Of a stretch of 64,000 nt of DNA, positions 54,779 to 64,000 are shown in pieces. Positions within the stretch are counted from its first letter, which is position 1. Each line of letters starts with the position of its first letter. The notes beneath the pieces were generated by a model that was not told where the DNA came from, searched no databases, and saw only the letters and a list, made by a program, of their open reading frames with translations. A program made the position numbers and the translations under genes. The DNA comes from Armatimonadota bacterium (GTDB lineage: Bacteria > Armatimonadota > Fimbriimonadia > Fimbriimonadales > GBS-DC): positions 1 through 64,000 of the forward strand of contig JBBIML010000016.1 in the NCBI GenBank assembly GCA_037444405.1, written 5' to 3'.

Positions 54779-56638
54779 ATGATTCATCTGATAGCAATTG
54801 CCATCATAGCTATTCTTTCTTCTTATAGTTCCTTCTCGCAGGTAAGAAATCTCGAACTCCACTACAAAGTGGACGGAGAGAGCCGCTCTCACTTCTGGAT
54901 GCAAGGGCTTCAGAATCAACCACCCACCAAACAGCCTGAGTGGAGCGCTATTAATCGTTTTTCTTATGATATTATATTAACCTTGCTAAGGAAGAATCTG
55001 TGGCGAATAGATTGGAAAAACTGGCAGGTTAATGGCTTCATTCCCGAATCGTTCAAGCCACTGCTGGATTATGTTCAAAAAATCACTCCTGTATATGTGC
55101 ATTGCTATTCTGGTGGACACCTGCAATTTGCATGTCCACGCATCAAGGAGGTATGGCAGCGCCAAGCCGTTGGTGGTATACTCTGGTACTTTCAGTTTGT
55201 ACGCCCATCTCGCGATGCCTCAGAATGGCGCGTGAAGGAGGCACATCCAAGTGGAATGATTATTTGCCGATATCGACTGGTACGCCAAACCAAAACGGTT
55301 CGCATCTACCGCAAGAGTGTTGAGGAGGTTTTGATCCCAGCTGCCGAGAAGCAAATGGGCAAGCAACATCGAATAGAGGGTTACTTAACTTACGAAATCA
55401 ATCGCGAGGGTGTCATTATTCGGGTTAATGGAGCTCTCCGGGAGCGTGTAAATATGAATGGTATCCCAACTACGGATACAAAACAGACGATTCGAATCAC
55501 TCTTCAGAAGCGTCGCCAGCTTGCTTCTTCGCGTTTATTAGTTTTGCAAAGTCAGGCGGAGCAGATTTTTCAGTCTCATTCCCGTTACTCACTATATGCC
55601 CCACCAACTGAAGAGGAACAAAGTCGCCTTCGGGCTCAGGGCATTCTTCAGGGCACTCAACCGGAGCAACTCTTGAAAGAGGCGGAGATATTCCGCCGAA
55701 ACATGCCCAGCGACCCCCAGAAGCGTCAGGATTTGTTGACGGAACTGTCGCTGCGGCTGGAATCGGCTCTTATCCTGTATCCTGATAAAATGTTCCCAGC
55801 TATAAAAAAATGGCTGGAACAATCTGAAGCAGCTGATGAGTTTTACTGGACTCTCCTACGGCTTCTGACCGATTCATCCTCAGCTGAAGCGCAAGCCATT
55901 CTGCTGGAGCAATTAGACGCTTCCTCAGAAGAGAAGCGCTTAGCCGCAGCGCGTCAAATCGCCTGGTTGCGCCGACCGTCACCCGACACTTTCCAAAAGC
56001 TCTGGCAGAGAGCGCAGAGCGCCGATGCCGGGCTACGCCCAACGCTGGAAATCAGCCTCAGTATCCTTGCTAAATCTCTTCCTGATAGTGCGAAAAATCT
56101 GGTTGATCAGTTTGCTACCTGGGCGGCAAACAACCTGCAAAGCGCGATCGACGAAAATAATGAGCCGAACCAGATTCACTGGCTGCGTGTGGCGATTAAC
56201 CTGGCACATCCTATCTTCTGGGATACTGTAGCGAAGCTGGTGAAAAGTGGAGCGGAACAAGTGCGCCTGCTGGCTGTGGAAGCGTTAAGCAAGCAAGATA
56301 TCAAGCGTGCGTTCCCTGTTCTGCGATCGAGTTTCGAAATGGAGCCGTCTCTATCGGTACGCGAAGCAATTGTTTCCTATGCTGCGCAGCACGGCTGGGA
56401 ACTACCCGAGGTGCGCGTTTTCATAGAGTGGGTTGCATTTAACGATCCCGAATTGCGTATACGCAAGGCATGTGTACAGGGCCTGCTGGAGCTGGTGCCG
56501 AAAAATCAACAGGCTATCGATCTGCTGGCTCAGATTGCGGAGCGGAATTCGATGCCGGCTATTCGGCGCGAAGCGATGATCGCGCTGGCGGCTCTACATG
56601 CCAGCGGTATCAAAGTGCCCGATGTCAAGGGACGCTAA
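54779..56638 (+). CDS. Secreted protein with an N-terminal beta domain and a C-terminal HEAT-like helical solenoid (vitellogenin/MTP N-terminal-like)
   Basis: AAGGAGG RBS and signal peptide. Beta-rich N-terminal half, then VRLLAVEAL, VREAIV, IRKACV and IRREAM HEAT-like repeats. Lower GC than the flanks. Confidence 0.7.
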   Translation: MIHLIAIAIIAILSSYSSFSQVRNLELHYKVDGESRSHFWMQGLQNQPPTKQPEWSAINRFSYDIILTLLRKNLWRIDWKNWQVNGFIPESFKPLLDYVQKITPVYVHCYSGGHLQFACPRIKEVWQRQAVGGILWYFQFVRPSRDASEWRVKEAHPSGMIICRYRLVRQTKTVRIYRKSVEEVLIPAAEKQMGKQHRIEGYLTYEINREGVIIRVNGALRERVNMNGIPTTDTKQTIRITLQKRRQLASSRLLVLQSQAEQIFQSHSRYSLYAPPTEEEQSRLRAQGILQGTQPEQLLKEAEIFRRNMPSDPQKRQDLLTELSLRLESALILYPDKMFPAIKKWLEQSEAADEFYWTLLRLLTDSSSAEAQAILLEQLDASSEEKRLAAARQIAWLRRPSPDTFQKLWQRAQSADAGLRPTLEISLSILAKSLPDSAKNLVDQFATWAANNLQSAIDENNEPNQIHWLRVAINLAHPIFWDTVAKLVKSGAEQVRLLAVEALSKQDIKRAFPVLRSSFEMEPSLSVREAIVSYAAQHGWELPEVRVFIEWVAFNDPELRIRKACVQGLLELVPKNQQAIDLLAQIAERNSMPAIRREAMIALAALHASGIKVPDVKGR

Positions 56639-56647
56639 GGCGCACCA

Positions 56648-58021
56648 TTAGAACAAGATGGCCTTCGCTACCAAAAAATAGATGAGCAGCCCTGCGGCGT
56701 CTATTAAGGTGGTGATGGCGGGCGCGGACATCACCGCCGGGTCGATATTGAGCCGTTTGGCGAGCAGGGGCAACATCGCGCCCACCAGCGTCGCCAGCAG
56801 AATAATCAGCATCTGCGCGATGCCGACGGTGAGCGCCAGCCCAAATGCGATAGCGCGATGGCGGGGGTCGATCCATGTCCAGAAGAAGGCGTTGGCGATG
56901 CCGATCAGTCCGATAATGGCTCCAAGCAGCAGCCCTGTCAGCGCCTCGCGCCCCATCACGCGCAGAATCTGTCCCCAGCGCACCTCACCCAAGGCGATCG
57001 CGCGGGTGACGGTGGTGGTGGTCTGGGCGCCCGCGTTGCCGCCCGTACCAATCAGCAGCGGCACAAACCACGCCAGTGCCGTCACCGCGCTCAACTCCTC
57101 ATCATAGTGGCGCAATACCGTGCCCGTGAGCCGCTCGGCAATAAACAGCAGAATGAGCCAGCGCACCCGCTTGCGCACCAGATCCCACGGCGACTGGCTC
57201 AGATACGGCTCTTCGGTCGCCTCCACCGCGCCCAGCTTCAGCACATCCTCCGTGCTTTCACTCACCAGAATATCGACCACATCGTCGATGGTTACAATCC
57301 CCAGCATGCGCCCCAGCTCGTCCACCACTGGCACGGCTAACAGGTCATACTTGGAGAGCAGGTTCGCGACCTCTTCCTGGTCGGTGGCGGGCTGAACCAC
57401 CACCAGGTCGGTCTCCATAATCTGCTCGATGCGCTTGCTGGGGTCTGCCAGCACCAGCTCGCGCAGGGAACAGACGCCCACCAGCCGCTGGCGCGTGTCC
57501 ACCGCATAAAGATAGTAGATGGTCTCGATGTCGGGTCCGATCTGGCGCAGGTGGTCGAGGGCTTGTTCGACCGTCCATTCGGGTCGCACGCGCACATACT
57601 GGCGCACCATCAGGCGTCCAGCGGTGTTGGGGGGATATTCGAGCAGTTCGCGCACATCGCGGGCTTCAGGCGGCGCCATCTGCTGGAGCAGGGCTTCGGC
57701 TTTTGGCTCCTCCAGCTCCTCAAGAATCTGAGCAGCGTCGTCGGCGGGCAGAGCCTGCAGCAAGCGGGCGGCTTTGTCCAGCGGGATATGCTCGAAAATC
57801 TCTTCCACCAGCACGGGTTCGAGGTAGTCCAGCGCTTCGGCTGCCTGTTCTTCGGGCATCTGGACAAGCACCAGCGCCTGCTGGGCGGGGTCATCCAGCA
57901 GGGTGAGCGCTTCGGCGATATCCTGTGGCGGGATGTCCTGCACAATCGCAGGGATCAGCCCGTCGGTCGCCTGCAGTTCCTCGCGCAATCGCTCCGCCAG
58001 TGCCTCCACACGCTCCGGCAT
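56648..58021 (-). CDS. mgtE: Magnesium transporter MgtE
   Basis: Acidic N-domain, YPPNTAGRLM, CBS pair, GTGGNAGAQ, DPAVMSAPAITTLID. Confidence 0.96.
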   Translation of the reverse strand: MPERVEALAERLREELQATDGLIPAIVQDIPPQDIAEALTLLDDPAQQALVLVQMPEEQAAEALDYLEPVLVEEIFEHIPLDKAARLLQALPADDAAQILEELEEPKAEALLQQMAPPEARDVRELLEYPPNTAGRLMVRQYVRVRPEWTVEQALDHLRQIGPDIETIYYLYAVDTRQRLVGVCSLRELVLADPSKRIEQIMETDLVVVQPATDQEEVANLLSKYDLLAVPVVDELGRMLGIVTIDDVVDILVSESTEDVLKLGAVEATEEPYLSQSPWDLVRKRVRWLILLFIAERLTGTVLRHYDEELSAVTALAWFVPLLIGTGGNAGAQTTTTVTRAIALGEVRWGQILRVMGREALTGLLLGAIIGLIGIANAFFWTWIDPRHRAIAFGLALTVGIAQMLIILLATLVGAMLPLLAKRLNIDPAVMSAPAITTLIDAAGLLIYFLVAKAILF

Positions 58022-58090
58022 CCTCTCACCTCCGTGCGGGGGAAGATAAACCCATAGAGTATACCCCCTCTGGAGGTATCCTGATTCGGG

Positions 58091-59386
58091 ATGCAATCGA
58101 GTCTGTTTGGGGAGAATCGGGCGGCGGCGCGGTTGCCGCTGGCAACCCGCATGCGCCCGCGCACCTTCGACGAGTTCGTGGGTCAGCAGCACCTGCTCGC
58201 GCCCGGCATGCCTATCCGTCAGGCAATCGAGCAGGGCACGCTGGGGTCGGTGATTCTGTGGGCGCCGCCAGGGTGTGGTAAGACCAGCCTCGCCTACCTG
58301 ATCGCACACTATTCGGGCGCGTTTGTGGAAGCGCACAGCGCTGTCAGCGTCGGCATCGCCGAGATTCGCAAATTGGCAGAACGCGCCCGCCACCGCCAGC
58401 GCACCAGCGGTCAGCCCACCCTGCTGGTGCTGGACGAAATCCACCACTTCAACCGCACCCAGCAGGACGCCCTGCTGGGCTATCTGGAGGACGGAACCTT
58501 CACGCTGGTGGGCGCGACGACTGAGAACCCGTTTTTTATTCTCTCCAACGCCCTGCTCTCACGGGCGCGGGTGCTGACCCTCCAGCCGCTCAGCGATGAG
58601 GAGGTGCGCCTGCTGATTGAACGCGCGCTCCGCGATACCGAGCGCGGACTGGGCGAGCTGAACCTGCAGATGGAACCCGACGCGCTGAGCCACCTGATAC
58701 GGAGCGCGAACGGCGACGCCCGCCTCGCGCTCAATATCCTGGAGACCGCCGCCATGCAAACGCCACCCAGCGGCACCATCCCGCTCGCGCTGATCGAGCA
58801 GCTCCTGCAGAAACCGATGGTGCGCTACGACCAGCAGGGCGACTATCACTACGACACCATCTCGGCGTTCATCAAGTCGGTTCGGGGCAGCGACCCCGAC
58901 GCCGCCCTGCACTATCTGGCGCGAATGCTGATAGCAGGCGAGGACCCACGCTTCATCATGCGACGGCTGCTGATTCTGGCGAGCGAGGATGTGGGCAACG
59001 CGAACCCGCTGGGGCTGGTGGTGGCATCGGCGGGCGCACAGGCTATCGAGCGCGTCGGCATGCCCGAAGCCCAGCTCATTCTGGCGCATGTGACGGTCTA
59101 TCTGGCAACCTCGCCCAAGAGCAACGCCTGCTATCGCGCCCTGCAGCGGGCACTGCGCGATGTCCAGCAAAAACCTCTGCCACCCATCCCGTTGCATCTG
59201 CGGAACGCGCCCCATCCCGCGCTCAGAGAGATGGGACATGCGGAAGGCTGGGCGCCCCAAACTTACCTGCCCGAAGGCGACTGGCAACTGCCCTACTACG
59301 AACCCACCGCGCGCGGCGACGAAGCCCGTATCCAGGAATTCCTCAACTATTTACGCCATTTAAAGACTGCTCAGAAAAACGAGTAA
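58091..59386 (+). CDS. rarA: Replication-associated recombination protein A (MgsA)
   Basis: PLATRMRP, PPGCGKTS, DEIH, GATTENP, HYDTISAFIKSVRGSDPDA, SEDVG. Confidence 0.95.
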   Translation: MQSSLFGENRAAARLPLATRMRPRTFDEFVGQQHLLAPGMPIRQAIEQGTLGSVILWAPPGCGKTSLAYLIAHYSGAFVEAHSAVSVGIAEIRKLAERARHRQRTSGQPTLLVLDEIHHFNRTQQDALLGYLEDGTFTLVGATTENPFFILSNALLSRARVLTLQPLSDEEVRLLIERALRDTERGLGELNLQMEPDALSHLIRSANGDARLALNILETAAMQTPPSGTIPLALIEQLLQKPMVRYDQQGDYHYDTISAFIKSVRGSDPDAALHYLARMLIAGEDPRFIMRRLLILASEDVGNANPLGLVVASAGAQAIERVGMPEAQLILAHVTVYLATSPKSNACYRALQRALRDVQQKPLPPIPLHLRNAPHPALREMGHAEGWAPQTYLPEGDWQLPYYEPTARGDEARIQEFLNYLRHLKTAQKNE

Positions 59387-59457
59387 GGCATAGCCCCATC
59401 GCGAACCTGCAGCAACCCTGTAGCCTGATGGCGGCTGGCAGGGGTATACTGTTTCCC

Positions 59458-60267
59458 ATGCAGACGCGCGTCCTGATTGTGGCGATTGCAGCGGGTCTCT
59501 TTGCGCTGGCAGCCGATAACAAGCCGAAGACCTTCACGGAACGCCTGCCCGGCACCACCGTGCAGTTCGAGATGGTGGAAATCCCGGCGGGCACGATAGA
59601 GATGTCCGATCCCGGCGACCCGAACAGAACCCTCACCGTTTCCATCAAACGCTTCTGGATTGGCAGGACGGAGGTCACCTGGGACGAGTACGGCACCTAC
59701 GCTTTCAATCAGGAGATTGCGTCGGTGGAAAAGGAGCGCGGCGCCGACGCGATTGCCAAGCCGAGCAAGCCGTATGGCGCCATCGACCGCGGCTACGGCT
59801 ATGAGGGCTATCCTGCGATCGGCATGACCTATGTGGCTGCCCAGCGCTACTGTGAATGGCTCAGCCGCATGACGGGCAAAAAGTATCGCCTGCCAACCGA
59901 AGCCGAGTGGGAGTACGCCTGCCGTGCAGGCGTGCTGAAGCGCGAACCCCTGCCCGCCGAACAACTGCAAAAGATGGCGTGGTACAGAGAGAACTCTAAC
60001 AACAAGCCCCAGCCTGTGGGCAAAAAGACGCCGAATGCGTGGGGCTTGTATGACATGCTGGGCAATGTGATGGAGTGGTGTCAGGGTCTGGATGGCAAGC
60101 CCATCGCCTGCGGCGGCTCCTTCAAAGACCCCGCCGAGAAGGTGCATCCGGGCGCCCGCGAACGCCAGACACCCCAGTGGAACATGACCGACCCCCAGTA
60201 CCCCAAAAGCCGCTGGTGGCTCTCCGATGCACCCTTCGTGGGTTTCAGGGTTATCTGCGAGGAGTAG
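59458..60267 (+). CDS. Secreted formylglycine-generating enzyme (SUMF1/FGE-sulfatase) domain protein
   Basis: Signal peptide, TEVT, RLPTEAEWEYACRAG, NAWGLYDMLGNVMEW, GFRV. Confidence 0.9.
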   Translation: MQTRVLIVAIAAGLFALAADNKPKTFTERLPGTTVQFEMVEIPAGTIEMSDPGDPNRTLTVSIKRFWIGRTEVTWDEYGTYAFNQEIASVEKERGADAIAKPSKPYGAIDRGYGYEGYPAIGMTYVAAQRYCEWLSRMTGKKYRLPTEAEWEYACRAGVLKREPLPAEQLQKMAWYRENSNNKPQPVGKKTPNAWGLYDMLGNVMEWCQGLDGKPIACGGSFKDPAEKVHPGARERQTPQWNMTDPQYPKSRWWLSDAPFVGFRVICEE

Positions 60268-60363
60268 GTTCGCTGGCACTTTTTCAGCCAGCATGCGGTA
60301 TAATCCTTATGGCGAGCAGTCGATAATGGAGCGTATAACCAAATCGGTTTCTACAGGAGGCGT

Positions 60364-62310
60364 ATGTTGAGCAAGAATGCACGGTCTGTTGTGACCCTGG
60401 TGGGGCTGGTGGTGATTGTGCTGATAGTGATGCAGTACCTGACCCATCTCCAGCCTCAGGGTGTCCGCGAGTTGAGCTATACCGAGCTGGTGCGCGAGGT
60501 GAGCAGCCGCACCGTGGCGGAGGTGACCGTTCAGGGCACGCGGCTCAACGGCACTTTCAAAGACGGTTCGCGCTTCTACGCCACCCTGCCCCCTGAAGGC
60601 GAAGCCCGCAACCAGCTCTACAAGCTGATGACCGACGCCAGCGTGCGGCTGAAGTTCTCGGAAGACAGCCGCATGCCCGATTTTGTGGGGCAGGTGCTGG
60701 TGATGTTCTTCGTGCTGGTGCTGGCGGGGCTGCTGTTCTATTTGCTGCTGGTGCGCCCCGCGCAGGCAGGCAACAACCAGGCGTTTTCGTTCGGCAAAGC
60801 GCGCGCCCGCCGCTACAACGAGAGTATCCCGCGCGTGACCTTCGACGATGTGGCGGGCGTGGACGAAGCAAAACAGGAGCTCGCCGAGATTGTGGACTAC
60901 CTGAAAAACACGCGCAAGTACCAGGCGCTGGGCGCCAAAATCCCCAAAGGCGTGCTGCTGCTGGGACCGCCCGGCTGCGGCAAGACGCTGCTGGCGCGGG
61001 CAGTGGCAGGCGAGGCGGGCGTGCCCTTCTTCCATATCAGCGGCTCCGACTTCGTGGAGATGTTCGTCGGCGTGGGCGCTGCCCGCGTGCGCGACCTGTT
61101 CGAAAACGCCAAAGCGAACCGCCCCGCGCTCATCTTCATCGATGAGATCGACGCCGTCGGACGCCTGCGCGGCGCAGGGCTGGGCGGCGGACACGACGAA
61201 CGCGAGCAAACGCTCAACCAGCTGCTCGTGGAGATGGACGGCTTCGACCCGAACCTCGGCATCATTGTGATTGCCGCGACGAACCGCCCCGATATTCTGG
61301 ACCCCGCCCTGCTGCGACCAGGACGGTTCGACCGCCATGTGGTGGTGGATCCACCCGATGTGGAGGGACGCCGCAAGATTCTGGAAGTTCACACGCGCGG
61401 CAAGCCGCTCGGACACGATGTCGACCTCGACCTGCTGGCGAAGCGCACGCCGGGCTTCACAGGCGCCGATTTAGCCAATCTGGTGAACGAAGCCGCGCTG
61501 ATCGCCGCCCGACGCAACAAGACCCGCATCACAATGGAAGATTTCGAGGAGGCGACCGACCGCGTCATCGCCGGTCCTCAGCGGCGCAACCGCGTGATTG
61601 ACCAGCAGGAGCGCACGATGATTGCCTACCACGAGGTCGGGCACGCGATTGTGGGCGAGACGCTGCCGAACGCCGACCCCGTGCATAAGATTTCGATTTT
61701 GCCGCGCGGCATGGCGCTCGGCTACACGGTACAGATGCCCGAACGCGACCGCTATCTCTACACAAAGGCTGCCCTGCTGGATCGGATCACAGCGCTGCTG
61801 GGCGGGCGTGTGGCGGAAGAGATTGTGTTCGGCGAGGTGGGCACAGGCGCCCAGGACGACCTGCGCCGTGCCACCGAAATCGCCCGCGCGATGGTCACCG
61901 AGTACGGCATGAGCGAACGGCTCGGACCGCTCACCTTCGGGCGACGGCACGGCAGCCCCTTCCTGGGACGCGACCTGATGGAAGACCGCAACTACAGCGA
62001 GCAAATCGCCTACGAGATCGATCAGGAAGTGCGCCAGATTATTGAGAGCTGCTACGAGCGGGCGCGGCAAATCCTGCTGGAGAACCGCGACAAAATGGAT
62101 CGGATTGCGCAGGCGCTGCTGGAGCAGGAGAGCCTCACACGCGAGGAGTTCCTCGCGCTGCTTCAGGGCGAGGCGGCGCCCGCTGTGTCGCCAGCGCCCG
62201 CCACGACCGCGCCTGCCGAAACCAGCCCCGCTGAACCCGCCGAGAAGGGCGAATCGGCGGAGGCGTCGCCCACCTCCAAGCGCCTCAAGCCGCGCACCGC
62301 ACCCGGCTAA
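60364..62310 (+). CDS. ftsH: ATP-dependent zinc metalloprotease FtsH
   Basis: 2 TM helices, [31 protein letters not shown]. Confidence 0.97.
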   Translation: MLSKNARSVVTLVGLVVIVLIVMQYLTHLQPQGVRELSYTELVREVSSRTVAEVTVQGTRLNGTFKDGSRFYATLPPEGEARNQLYKLMTDASVRLKFSEDSRMPDFVGQVLVMFFVLVLAGLLFYLLLVRPAQAGNNQAFSFGKARARRYNESIPRVTFDDVAGVDEAKQELAEIVDYLKNTRKYQALGAKIPKGVLLLGPPGCGKTLLARAVAGEAGVPFFHISGSDFVEMFVGVGAARVRDLFENAKANRPALIFIDEIDAVGRLRGAGLGGGHDEREQTLNQLLVEMDGFDPNLGIIVIAATNRPDILDPALLRPGRFDRHVVVDPPDVEGRRKILEVHTRGKPLGHDVDLDLLAKRTPGFTGADLANLVNEAALIAARRNKTRITMEDFEEATDRVIAGPQRRNRVIDQQERTMIAYHEVGHAIVGETLPNADPVHKISILPRGMALGYTVQMPERDRYLYTKAALLDRITALLGGRVAEEIVFGEVGTGAQDDLRRATEIARAMVTEYGMSERLGPLTFGRRHGSPFLGRDLMEDRNYSEQIAYEIDQEVRQIIESCYERARQILLENRDKMDRIAQALLEQESLTREEFLALLQGEAAPAVSPAPATTAPAETSPAEPAEKGESAEASPTSKRLKPRTAPG

Positions 62311-62365
62311 CCGCGCAGTTCGCGGCACAGAAGCACCGTTCCATGCTCCCTCCCCCTCCGGAGAG

Positions 62366-62510
62366 AGGGTACGGGTGAGGGGCAAACGCAAAAGCGGGTA
62401 TAATTGCATCGCGTCTGGGGAGAGGGTACGGGTGAGAGGGCATTCTTGGGCGAGACGTCCAGGTCACGCAAGGGTACGGGTGAGGGGCAAACGCAAAAGC
62501 GGGTATAATT
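62366..62510 (+). repeat. 40-bp direct repeat ending in TATAAT (two full copies and one partial) upstream of tRNA-Gly
   Basis: agggtacgggtgaggggcaaacgcaaaagcgggtataatt at 62366-62405 and 62471-62510, partial copy at about 62423-62436. Confidence 0.9.
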
Positions 62511-62563
62511 AAGCACAGACCGCCCTGACGCTGACCAGCGGCAGGGAACTGACCTGAAAACGA

Positions 62564-62637
<74 letters not shown>

Positions 62638-62722
62638 ACCACAGATTGATACCTCCCCATCACAGCCCACAATAGAGGGTATACTGCAACTGTTCAGCAA
62701 CGCAGGAGAGAAGCCGATAACG

Positions 62723-64000
62723 ATGGAGCTCGCGACCCTGGAAAACTGGCTCTGGGAAGCAGCGTGCGCGATTCGCGGTCCCGTAGAGGCGCCAAAGTTC
62801 AAAGACTATATCTTGCCGCTGGTCTTTCTCAAACGCCTCTCGGATGTGTTCGACGACGAGATGGCGCGCCTTGCGCAGGAGTATGGCAGTCGCAAGGCGG
62901 CGGAGCAGCTGGTAGAGGGCGAGCGTGAGCACGGGACTATCGCGAAGGGCAGCGGCATCGTGCGCTTTTACATTCCCCCCAACGCACGCTGGGACGCCAT
63001 CCGTCGCCATGCACGCGCAGGGCTGGGACAGTTCCTCACCGATGCCGTGCGCTCGGTAGCGAAAGAAAACCCGCGCCTGCACGGAGTCATCGATGTGGTG
63101 GACTTCAACGCCACCGCCGCCGGTCAGCGCATTATTGCCGACGAGTATCTCTACAAGCTGGTGGAGGTGCTGTCCAAACATCGGCTGGGGCTGAACGATG
63201 CGGAGCCTGATATTCTGGGGTGCGCCTATGAATACCTCCTGCGCAAGTTCGCCGAAGGGCAGGGACAGAGCGTGGGCGAATTCTACACCCCACGCGAGGT
63301 CGCGATTCTGATGGCGCGACTTCTGGAACCCGAACCCGGCATGACAGTGTATGACCCTGCCTGCGGTTCGGGCGGCTTGCTGGTCAAGTGCCACCTGCGC
63401 CTGCTGGAAACACACGGCGTGCTGGAGAACGGTCGGCGCGTCCTACCCTCTCAGTATGCGCCCCTGCGTCTCTATGGGCAGGAGATTAACCCCACCACCT
63501 TCGCAATTGCCCGCATGAACGCCGTCATCCACGATATGGAAGCCGACATCCGCCTGGGCGATACCATGCGCCAGCCTGCTTTCAAAGACCACGCAGGGCG
63601 CCTGCAGACCTTTGACCTGGTGGTGGCGAACCCGATGTGGAACCAGAAGTTCCCAACCGGGCTGTACGAAAATGACCCCTACGACCGCTTCCGCTACGGA
63701 GCGCCGCCCTCCTCCAGCGCGGATTGGGGCTGGCTCCAGCACATGCTCGCCTCGCTGAAAGAGGGCGGGCGCATGGCGGTGGTGCTGGACACAGGCGCGG
63801 TCAGTCGCGGCAGCGGTAATCAGGGTTCCAACCGCGAGCGCGATATCCGCAAAGCCTTCGTGGAAAAAGACCTCATCGAGGCGGTCATCCTGCTCCCCGA
63901 AAACCTTTTCTACAACACGACCGCGCCCGGCATCATTCTCATCATCAACCGCCGCGCCAATATCTTTGTGTTGATTGATGAGGCGCACCGCACCACAGGG
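62723..64000 (+). CDS. hsdM: Type I restriction-modification methyltransferase HsdM, apparently truncated and fused to an HsdR fragment (runs off the window)
   Basis: Absent from the ORF track because no stop occurs in the window. Translated by hand: LENWLWEAAC.IRG, AYEYLL, GEFYTP, YDPACGSGG, ANPMWN, LPENLFYNT, then NIFVLIDEAHRTTG. Confidence 0.88.
   Translation, partial: MELATLENWLWEAACAIRGPVEAPKFKDYILPLVFLKRLSDVFDDEMARLAQEYGSRKAAEQLVEGEREHGTIAKGSGIVRFYIPPNARWDAIRRHARAGLGQFLTDAVRSVAKENPRLHGVIDVVDFNATAAGQRIIADEYLYKLVEVLSKHRLGLNDAEPDILGCAYEYLLRKFAEGQGQSVGEFYTPREVAILMARLLEPEPGMTVYDPACGSGGLLVKCHLRLLETHGVLENGRRVLPSQYAPLRLYGQEINPTTFAIARMNAVIHDMEADIRLGDTMRQPAFKDHAGRLQTFDLVVANPMWNQKFPTGLYENDPYDRFRYGAPPSSSADWGWLQHMLASLKEGGRMAVVLDTGAVSRGSGNQGSNRERDIRKAFVEKDLIEAVILLPENLFYNTTAPGIILIINRRANIFVLIDEAHRTTG

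Noticed and set aside
62345..62510. Possible CRISPR array from the repeats after ftsH
   Set aside because: Only two full copies and one partial copy, irregular spacing, and no cas genes in the window.
62660..63988. Minus-strand ORFs 62660-63415 and 63443-63988
   Set aside because: Antisense shadows of the plus-strand hsdM frame.

Overview
GC-rich bacterial chromosomal window. It is probably from an Armatimonadota (Fimbriimonadales-like) genome, inferred from the 'DDADLLxVLFxFG' dockerin-like domain and the DUF1559/H-X9-DG pilin-like gene; this was not verified. From left to right it holds: a porin and a TtrBCA-type molybdoenzyme operon, divergent from a hemerythrin-DUF2249 gene and a complete Moco biosynthesis operon; tRNA-Ala, greA-like, FAH, nfi, rplY, rpoN, a diguanylate cyclase and a membrane pyrophosphatase; a decayed accessory patch with an orphan Rhs C-terminus and intact plus broken toxin-antitoxin modules; a TMTC-like gene, purM, pilT and pilC; a SigB/F/G-type sigma factor fused to a degenerate GGDEF domain that keeps its RxxD site, next to a CBS-GGDEF cyclase; an AlbA_2 gene inserted with duplication of the 3' end of a WecB/TagA-family gene; glnD; a three-gene TPR-CHAT protease locus resembling CATRA conflict systems; trpC; a lower-GC two-gene secreted pair that looks like a split vitellogenin/MTP-type lipid-transfer protein; mgtE, rarA, ftsH, tRNA-Gly; and an hsdM gene that runs in-frame into an HsdR DEAH motif at the window edge. 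All calls come from reading motifs by eye; no database searches were run.
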